64,000 bases of DNA, taken from assembly GCA_951406725.2 (NCBI GenBank), contig OX597825.1, positions 34,100,001-34,164,000 of the forward strand, written 5' to 3'. The position numbers were made by a program, and so were the translations under genes. The notes beneath the pieces are model-generated. The model did not search any database. It was not told where the DNA came from and worked only from the letters and a program-made list of their open reading frames with translations. Shown piece after piece: positions 55,628 to 64,000 of this stretch (position 1 is the stretch's first letter; each line of letters starts with the position of its first letter). This DNA comes from Octopus vulgaris (Eukaryota).

Positions 55628-56511
55628 AAACGTGGTCTGATCAATATGTATCCAGATTGTTGCTACAGTAACGAAGCTCGAGTATGGAGAGTGAAGCTGC
55701 TTGGCACAGATTGACCATGAACTCTGCTGCACATGCGCACTAAGATTTAATGTTCTAGCTCACTTCCGCTTTTTACAGCAGAGCTTGGAAGGTAGGTGTG
55801 TAGTGTGTGATCATCGCATTGACCATGACAGAGAAACTTGAGCAGAGAATCTGCATCCAATTTTGCCAAAAGCTTGGCAATACCTGCTCAGGAGCCTACA
55901 CAAAGTTTTTATAAAGTTTTCATCATTCTCGACACCATCAAAGAAATCTTGTGCAACTGAAACCTGAATGTCTTTTTGGTCAGCTGAGAGCAGTTTTGGC
56001 ACAAATTTGGCAGACACATGTCTCATACCCAAATCTTCAGTGATAATGGACTGAACTGAAACATAACTAATCTGCAAATCCTCTAATAACACATGGATGG
56101 TGATTTGATGATTCCCCTCACAGCTGCACGAACATTTGCAATGTTTTTCTCAGTTCTGCTGGTTGCGTGTCTCTCAGAACAGTCGTCAATATCAACATTT
56201 TTCTTTTGCCATCTTGGAAACATCTGAATTACTTGTACAATTGTGTGTGGCTCATGCACTGTTATCTATACACTTTTAGCAACTTTACGTAGGCTTCTGA
56301 GGAGGTGTCACCATAATAACGTTCTCTGTCATAGTCAATGTGATGATCACACGCTACACACCTTCCTTCCAAGCACTGCTATAAACAGCAAAAGTGAGCT
56401 AGAACATTAAAAGCAGAGCTCACTGTCAATCTGTGCCAAGTGGCTTTACTTTGCATGCTTTGGTTTCATTACCATGGCAACAGTCCAGATACTCGTTGAT
56501 CAGCCCTCGTA
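55628..56511. mobile_element. Non-autonomous mariner, same family as 49722-50601
   Basis: TIRs cgtggtctgatcaatatgtatccaga / tccagatactcgttgatcagccctcg; MTEKLEQRICIQFCQKL on plus strand and HVSAKFVPKLLS on minus strand. Confidence 0.85.
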
Positions 56512-56591
56512 TAAGTGTGTGTGTGTGTGTATGTCTGTGTGTGTATGTATGTATGTATATATCTAATTATATATATATATATATATATATT

Positions 56592-56996
56592 GGCGCAGGA
56601 GTGGCTGTGTGGTAAGTAGCTTGCTTACCAACCACATGGCTCCGGGTTCAGTCCCACTGCGTGGCATCTTGGGCAAGTGTCTTCTGCTATAGCCCCGGGC
56701 CGACCCATGCCTTGTGAGTGGATTTGGTAAACGGAAACTGAAAGAAGCCTGTCGTATATATGTATATATATATATGTGTGTGTGTGTTTGTATGTCTGTG
56801 TTTGTCCCCCTAGCATTGCTTGACAACCGATGCTGGTGTGTTTACATCCCCGTCACTTCGCAGTTCGGCAAAAGAGACCGATAGAATAAGTACTGGGCTT
56901 ACAAAGAATAAGTCCCAGGGTCGATTTGCTCGACTAAAGGCGGTGCTCCAGCATGGCTGCAGTCAAATGACTGAAACAAGTAAAAGAGTAAAAAGA
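56592..56996 (+). mobile_element. tRNA-derived SINE, family B (best copy); others at ~4645-4860, 11940-12145, 12925-13310, 16955-17380, 34040-34465, 37107-37475, 39277-39675, 49060-49290, 50750-50880
   Basis: A box tggctgtgtgg, B box gggttcagtccc, cttgggcaagt core, internal TA/TG repeat, gtaaaaga tail. Confidence 0.85.
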
Positions 56997-57286
56997 ATAT
57001 ATATATTTTAAAATATTTGTATAATTTTACTTATAAAGGTTATTTTAACATACTGATCTACTTATTGAAATTATTAATTAATTGATTGATTAATTAATTA
57101 ATTAATTTAATTAATAAATATTACCCTTTTATTATTAATATATATAACCCATGCTAGCATGGAAAGCGGATGTTAAATGATGATGATGATGATGATGATA
57201 TACATATATATCTGTATGTATATATATATATATAGATATATGTATTTGTATATATGTGTATGTATGTATATATATATATATATATA

Positions 57287-57336
<50 letters not shown>

Positions 57337-57370
57337 TAATGATATTAGGGTAATTTTAGAAATTTTTACT

Positions 57371-57702
57371 ACCAGTGGCCTAGCGTAAAAAGATTAGTCA
57401 ATGGACTATATATTATTCATATAAAATACAGTCTATAAAATTTAGAGGACTGACCTCTAAAAAAATGGAGAGCCTATATGCTAGATATAGACGTCAAAAT
57501 CCCCATTTTCCACGAAGAATGTGTTCTGAAGAAAAAATTCAGCTGAACTTTTTCTTGAGAATACATTCTTCGTGGAAAATGGCAATTTTGACATCTATAT
57601 CTAGCATATAGGCTGTCCATTTCTTTAGTGGTCAGTCCTCTAAATTTTGTATGTAAAAATTTTTAATCTTCAGATTTTTTTTAAATATGCTAGGCCACTG
57701 GT
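57371..57702. repeat. Fold-back palindrome with loopless centre ttcagctgaa; same family as 48654-49050; inverted partial copy at ~58180-58260
   Basis: Inner arms 57434-57542 / 57543-57652; outer accagtggcctagc / gctaggccactggt. Confidence 0.85.
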
Positions 57703-57741
57703 TTTCATTCTTTAATATCAATTTCTACACTTATTTAATTT

Positions 57742-57786
<45 letters not shown>

Positions 57787-57820
57787 CTCGCTAACTGCCT
57801 AGACATATGATATAATTTAC

Positions 57821-57914
57821 CTTTGGGCTTTAATTGACAGCCTTTGTTGTCGGCACCAGGGTCATCGAGTGTGCATCTATAAGTAGCTGATGTATTCAAA
57901 TTCATCAAATAAAT
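57821..57914 (-). CDS. Ectodomain exon (94 nt, phase 0-1) of the membrane-protein gene
   Basis: ttttatttcaattcttcgcag|ATT TAT...CCC AAA G|gtaaat = IYLMNLNTSATYRCTLDDPGADNKGCQLKPK(D); G+AT joins the stalk exon. Confidence 0.8.
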
Positions 57915-58064
57915 CTGCGAAGAATTGAAATAAAATGTAAAGCACGTTGCATGTAACACACACTCACACACACACACATGTATGTATGTATGTATGTATG
58001 TATGTATGTTTGTATGTATGTATGTATGTATGCATGAATGTATATATGTATGTATGTATATATA

Positions 58065-58108
<44 letters not shown>

Positions 58109-58310
58109 CCATGGTTTTAATTTTGGTTGGTCCTTCTAGCATGTTAGGTGTCCTGTCAGGGAACCTCTTAAATGTACACTAATTTTATGTGAATAATATA
58201 TAGTCTATTGACTATTTTCTGCATGCAGGTCACTGGTAGAAATTTTTCTATAATTTTCCTACCCTGTATATTTTTCCTAAGATATATATATATATGTGTA
58301 TGTATGTATG

Positions 58311-58346
<36 letters not shown>

Positions 58347-58386
58347 TGTATGTATGTATGTATGTATGTATGTATGTGTAAATATA

Positions 58387-58427
<41 letters not shown>

Positions 58428-58429
58428 TA

Positions 58430-60090
58430 ACTCTTATGTTGAGGTGGTATATGGCCCAAAATCGTCTTCAATAGCTCCAGTGAGAACAGCAAATGGAAAT
58501 TTGCTTCTGACTGTCACTGCTTCTACTCATAAGCACTGGGTAGAACATTTTTCTGCACTTTTGAATAGACCATCATCTGTTGACATGAGGATGATAGAAA
58601 AAAATCGAGCATCTTCCAGTTATAGAAGTGATGGCATTTGAACCAACTCTAAAGGACATTTATCTAGCTGTGAATAAGCTGAGTAACAATAAGTCTCCAA
58701 GGTCTGATGGAATCTGTGCAGAAGTCTCGAAATATGGGAGTGACAAAATGTTTGAACTTTTAAATATATTAATTTGTGATGTTGGAGAACTGAGAAAGTG
58801 CCTCAAGACTGGATTGATGCCATTTTAGTCTCCTTGTATAAATCGGAGTCAAAGCATCTGTGTGGTAATTTTCGTGGGATTTCGCTTTTGTCTGTGGTTA
58901 GAAAGGTACTTCATTACATTCTATTAGAATGTTTAAATACTTTCATTTTTCCAAATATGGTGCTTGCATCTCGGTGTGGTTTTAGCTCCTCCAGGGGCAC
59001 AGTTGATTGTATCTTTACTATCAGACACTTGCAGAGAAAGTGCATTGAACAGAATTTTCCCCTATACCATTCTTTTGTTGATTTGAGCAAAACATTCGAA
59101 ACTGTTAATCGAAATTCCCTGTGTCTAATTCTAAGAAAAATAGGTTGTCCAGAAAAATTCGTAAACATGATCAGGGCTTTGCATCAAGGTATGAAAGTTA
59201 GAGTTAATTTTGGTGATAGGCTCTCTGAATCTTTTGCCATGGAAAATGGAGTAAAGCAAGGAGACCTTGATGCACCCACCCTCTTTTCAATATACTGTGC
59301 TGTTGGGCTGTCACACACTTTTCAGAACTCAGATTAGGGTATTTACATAAAATATCGAACTGGGAATGTTTTTAATCTGACCAGACTGAAATTCAAAACG
59401 AAGGTTTTACTTCACTCGTTAGGGAACTCTTGTATGTTGACGATTGTGATCTAGTCAGTCATTCTGAAACAGGTCTGCAATCTCTTGTATCTACATATAA
59501 CTCAGTTTGTGATGATTTTGGCTTGACCACCAACTTGAAAAGAAAAAGAGCTATAATGTATCAACCTGCACGTGGTGCTGTCTACAACCCCACAAAAATT
59601 TTTGTTAAGGGTAAGTTACTTAGCGGCGAACTGGTAGAAACGTTAGCACGCCGGGCGAAATGCTTAGCGGTATTTCGTCTGCGGTTACATTCAAATTCTG
59701 CCGAGGTCGATAAAATAAGTACTAGTTACGCCCTGGGGTCGATATAATCGACTTAATCCGTTTGTCTGTCCTTGTTTGTCCTCTCTGTGTTAGCCCCTTG
59801 GGGGTAGTAAAGAAATAGGTAAGTTACTTGAGGTTGTTGATTCTTTCATCTACCTTGGAAGCTCTATTCAAAACGATGGAAATCTGGACACAGAAATAAA
59901 TCTGCGAATTGAAAGAGCAGCACAAGCATTTGGTGATTTGGAGTCAGGTGTTTGGCACCAACGACATATAAATGACCATACAAAATTGACTCTTTATAAA
60001 TCATTTGTCTTACCATCCCTGTTGTATACTTCTGAAAAATGGACATGTTATAAAAGACATTTCAAATTGTTAGGACAATTCCGCTATCAT
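58430..60090 (+). mobile_element. Decayed RTE/BovB-like LINE fragment with a SINE insertion (59622-59818, TSD ggtaagttactt)
   Basis: NFRGISLLS, FVDLSKTF, GVKQGDLDAP, YVDDCDL, FIYLGS. Confidence 0.85.
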
Positions 60091-60092
60091 GG

Positions 60093-60877
60093 GAAGAAAT
60101 AGCTAAGGTTTTTTGGCTCCTATTTTTAAACTTCGGTATGTGGTAAAGCAAATCATTGCTGAACCCTAATTATAAAGTATTACTTAAGTTTACCGTGAAA
60201 TGGTCCTTTTTCATGCCGAATTCTACTTGGTGAAATTATTGATTACTTCCTAATTAATTAATTTTACCCTTTGTTATTATTGATAATAGAATTTTCTCCC
60301 TCATAACAAACTACAGATTTTCCTGTAGTATTTTACTTGACGACACACGCGGATGGGCAGGGGAAGGTGATGAACCTCATTCGTATTTTGAATTCGGCGG
60401 TATTAACACCGAATATGATCTGTCTGATACGTTAGGTTGAGAGATATGTTCAATTCTTCCAGTGCCTTCGAATTTAATATTTTTAATATTTAATATTGTT
60501 GGAGTCCCATGCTGATGAAGGAAAATGGTTGGGTAAAGTATAATTCTATATTCTTTATACCGATCTAATTCCAAAACGCGTACATGGGTGACCAGCTATA
60601 GATTGATTTTCGTTATTTTTCTTCTCTGCCCGCGTGGATTGTTTTCAAGTATTTTGATTTTTCTGGGAGTCCCTTTTTAAAGTAGAAGAAATAGCTAACA
60701 TTTTTTGGCTCCTATTTCTAAACTTCGGTATGTGGTAAAGCAAATCTTTGCTGAACCCTAATTATAAAGTATTACTTAAGTTTACCGTGAAATGGTCCTT
60801 TTTTATGCCGAATTCTGCTTGGTGAAATTATTGATTACTTCTTAATTAATTAATTTTACCCTTTGTTATTATTGATA
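60093..60877 (+). mobile_element. Retrozyme/Penelope-like non-coding element: 592-bp period with a 193-bp direct terminal repeat and an internal hammerhead
   Basis: 60093-60285 is nearly identical to 60685-60877; hammerhead at 60506-60588; no TG..CA ends, PBS or PPT seen. Confidence 0.65.
60506..60588 (+). ncRNA. Type I hammerhead motif, extended helix II, G12->A in this copy
   Basis: CCCAUG-CUGAUGA-A-GGAA...UUCC-AAAA-CGCG-UA^CAUGGG: 6-bp stem I, palindromic ACGCGU stem III, GUA triplet. Confidence 0.7.
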
Positions 60878-60899
60878 CTTATACATACATATATATATA

Positions 60900-63800
60900 T
60901 ACTCGTCTAAATTTGCTAGTTCGCGGTACGCCCACCCCTCCACCTGTGCCGGAAGTCCCTTTCCTTTGGTTGTCTCCTATGAACACTTCTAAAGGTTTTG
61001 TGCTATCCCCACCCCTACTTAGGGTTTATCTCTTGTGTAAGGTAGTGATCATATAGTGCAAAAATATGATAGTGTAGTGTATGCAGGTTGAACTGAAGGC
61101 TATTGTTTGTTTATGAATTCTGCCAAATGCGAGCTCTCTTTTCAGGAACATGACGCTGCTGTCCCCTGCCCCAGGGTCTCAAGGGCCCATACCTCCCACA
61201 CCCTCAAGGCTGGCACTCTCAACGTCCACACACTGAAAGGTAGGTCTAGTGAGATTGTTGAGATGCTTGAACGGAGATGTGTCGATATGTGCTGCATCCA
61301 AGAAGTAAAGTGGAGAGGAGGTTCCGCTAGGTTTCTCACAGGTAAAGAACACAGGTACAAGATTTTCTGGGCAGGGAACACTGATGGGGTCGGGGCGTGG
61401 GTATACTTCTGGCAGAGAAGTGGGTGGATAAGGTAATCGAGGTAGTCAGAGTATGCGACAGAATACTTAAGATTAGATTAGTGCTTCATCATGGGTTAGC
61501 AACCATTATCTCAGCCTATGTCCCTCAACCGAGGCTACCCGATGGATAGAAAGACCGATTCTATGACACCCTCTTGCAGACTACCTCGTTGACGAATGAC
61601 AGGGACCTTCTCTTTGTGGCTGGTGACTTCAATCGACATGTTGGATAACATACAGGGGGCTTACATGGAGGCTACGGTTTTGGTTCCTGCAATGAGGGGG
61701 GAACCAGGCTGCTGGAGTTCTGCGATGCAAATGATCTTATGGTTTGCAATACTAACTTCAGGAAACCTGCAAGTCACCTAGTCACCTACCGTTCTGGCAG
61801 ACACACTAGCCAAATTGACTACATCCTCACCAGAAAAAGGGAAAGCTAGCTGCTTATAAATGCCAAAACCTTCCCAAGCGAAGAATGTACCTCACAACAT
61901 AGACTTGTAGTTAGTGACTTCAGGATCAGGGCTAAGTGGATGCCCAGAAGACGACCAGCATGGCGAAGAAGGGTCTGGAAGCTTAAAGATCCTGCCAATG
62001 GACAGAGATTTAGAGACATAATACTTGAAGCCTTTGACGAAATAGAAGGGCATATAGCTTCACACAATGTAGAAGTCAGCTGGAGGTTTCTACGGGACAA
62101 CCTGCTAAAAGCCACTGACTAGATCTGTGGATGGTGCAAAGTCCCCTCTCGACCCAAAATAACGTTGTGGTGGAACAAAGTTGTTGACAGGGCTATTAGA
62201 GAAAAGAAACAGGCTTGGAGGGACTGGAAGAACGGTGGTAGCAGGGAATTGTATCAGACTGTCAGAGGGGAAGCTAGGAGACAAGTTTATTTAGCCAGAG
62301 GGGAAGCAGATAAGAAAAAATTTGCCAATGTTCTGCACCGTGAGGACCAAAGACTTGAGGTATTTCGTGTTGCAAGACAGTGTGTGAGAGGGAATCGTGA
62401 TGTTGTAGGAGAGAATTGTGTCCGTGTTGATGATGGTTCACTTGCACCAAACGAGGCTGCAAACAGAGAGGTTTGGAGACGCCACTATGAAAGGTTGCTC
62501 AATAAAGAAAATGAATGGGAGAAAGAGAGTCTGCCGAATGTCGACCCAACAGACGGACCAGCTATCCGAGTCGACAGTACCTTGCTAGATAAAGTAATTA
62601 AGAGTATGAAGACAGGAAAAGCCCCGGACCACCAGGAATCACTGCAAAGATCCTCAAAATATCTGGCAGTGTCGGCTATAACCTAGTTACCCGTATAGTT
62701 AACCAGGTGATACACAAAGGAATCAAACCCAATGACTGGTGTAGCAGCACTATAGTCAACTATAGATACAAATAATTACAGAGGTATCGAGTTGTTGGAT
62801 CAGGTAATGAAGGCCACGGAGAGGGTCATAGCCCAACTAATTAGGGAGAGAGTCAGTTTAGATGAGATGCAGTTTGGGTTCGTTCCAGGGAAAAGCACCA
62901 CTGATGCTATATTTTTGGTAAGACAGCTGCAGAAGAATACCTAGCCAAAGATAAACCTCTATACCTGGCTTTTGTTGACATGGAGAAAGCCTTTGACAGG
63001 GTCCCCCATTCCCTTATCTAGTGGTCAATGAGGAAACTAGGGATAGATGGATGGTTAGTGAGAGCTGTGCAAGCCAGGTACAGGGACGCTGTCAGTAATG
63101 TGAGGGTTGGTAACGAGTAGTGTGAAGAATTCTGGGTAGACGTAGGGGTCCACCAAAGGTCAGTCCTCAGCTTCCTCCTATTTATCACAGTCCTCCAGGT
63201 AATAACAGAGGAATTCAAGACAGGATTCCCTGGGAGCTGATATACTGATGACCTTGCTCTAATTGATGAGTCACTATCAGAACTAGAGGAGAAGTTTCAG
63301 GTGTGGAAACAAAGATTAGAATCAAAGGGCCTTAGAGTCAACCTAGCTAAAACCAAAGTCCTAAAAAGTAGGAAGGCAGGCAAACCAAAAATCCCTTCAG
63401 GTTGATCGCCCTGCTCGATCTGTAGAAAAGGCGTAGGTAGAAACTCTATAAGATGTACCCAGTGTAATCTATGGACACATAAGAGGTGTAGCAATATCAA
63501 AGGAAGGCTAACTAGGAAGATAGTTTTTGTATGTGGCAGATGCTCAGGAGCAATAAACACTGAAAATGTGCAGTGAGCAACTTCTGCCATATTCCAGGGA
63601 GAAAAACTAGAAGTAGTTGATAGCTTCCGTTACCAAGGTGAAACATGGGCTGTGACTGCTGAGGACATGAGTAAGCTTGCAAGGAATGAAGCGAGTATGC
63701 TCCGATGGATGTGCAATGTCAGTGTGCATACTCAACAGAGTGTAAGTACCTTGAGAGAAAAGTTGGACCTAAGAAGCATCAGATGTGTTGTGCAAGAGAG

Positions 63801-64000
63801 ACGACTGCACTGGTAAGGTCATGTGATGAGAATGGATGAGGATAGCTGTGTGAAAAAGTGCCAGACCATAGCGGTTGAGGGAACCTGTGGAAGAGGTAGA
63901 CCTAGGAAGATCTGGGATGAAGTGGTGAAGCACGACCTTCGAACAGTTGGAAATGCCTAGAGACCGAGACCTTTGGAATTATGCTGAGCTTGGGAAGACC
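60900..64000 (+). mobile_element. Near full-length RTE LINE (APE endonuclease, RT, PHD finger), disrupted; runs off the window
   Basis: GTLNVHTLKGR..CCIQEVKWRG, VAGDFN, QIDYIL, SQHRLVV, FVDMEKAFD, YTDD; PHD at 63412-63543. Confidence 0.95.

Noticed and set aside
60377-60574. 65-aa minus-strand ORF between direct repeats (TRIM/LTR interpretation)
   Set aside because: No domain motif, TG..CA ends, PBS or PPT; better explained by the plus-strand hammerhead structure

Overview
AT-rich, repeat-dominated animal genomic DNA, most likely an octopus/cephalopod. This is inferred from a NUMT with the molluscan co-linear order nad1-trnP-nad6-cob and from the SINE/RTE repertoire. Most six-frame ORFs are microsatellite or transposon artefacts. 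Real content: (1) the last four exons of a minus-strand host gene for a single-pass type I membrane protein (57914-57821, 48506-48399, 43316-43250, 41367-40938). All splice phases are compatible, and the tyrosine-rich cytoplasmic exon is tandemly duplicated. (2) Three copies of an RTE LINE whose ORF carries a C4HC3 PHD finger inside the RT C-terminal region, plus BovB-like RTE, HERO-like, R4/Dong-like and Tx1-like remnants. (3) A gag-deleted CsRn1-clade Gypsy element with both LTRs, and a second decayed Gypsy. (4) A fragmented, SINE-riddled NUMT. (5) Mariner/hAT MITEs and tRNA-derived SINEs. (6) At least seven small non-coding Penelope/retrozyme-like elements with type I hammerhead-like folds, including non-canonical cores (G3-C8; G3/C6/U8) and greatly extended helix II, often with fold-back inverted repeats. 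All calls were made by eye; no searches or folding computations were run.
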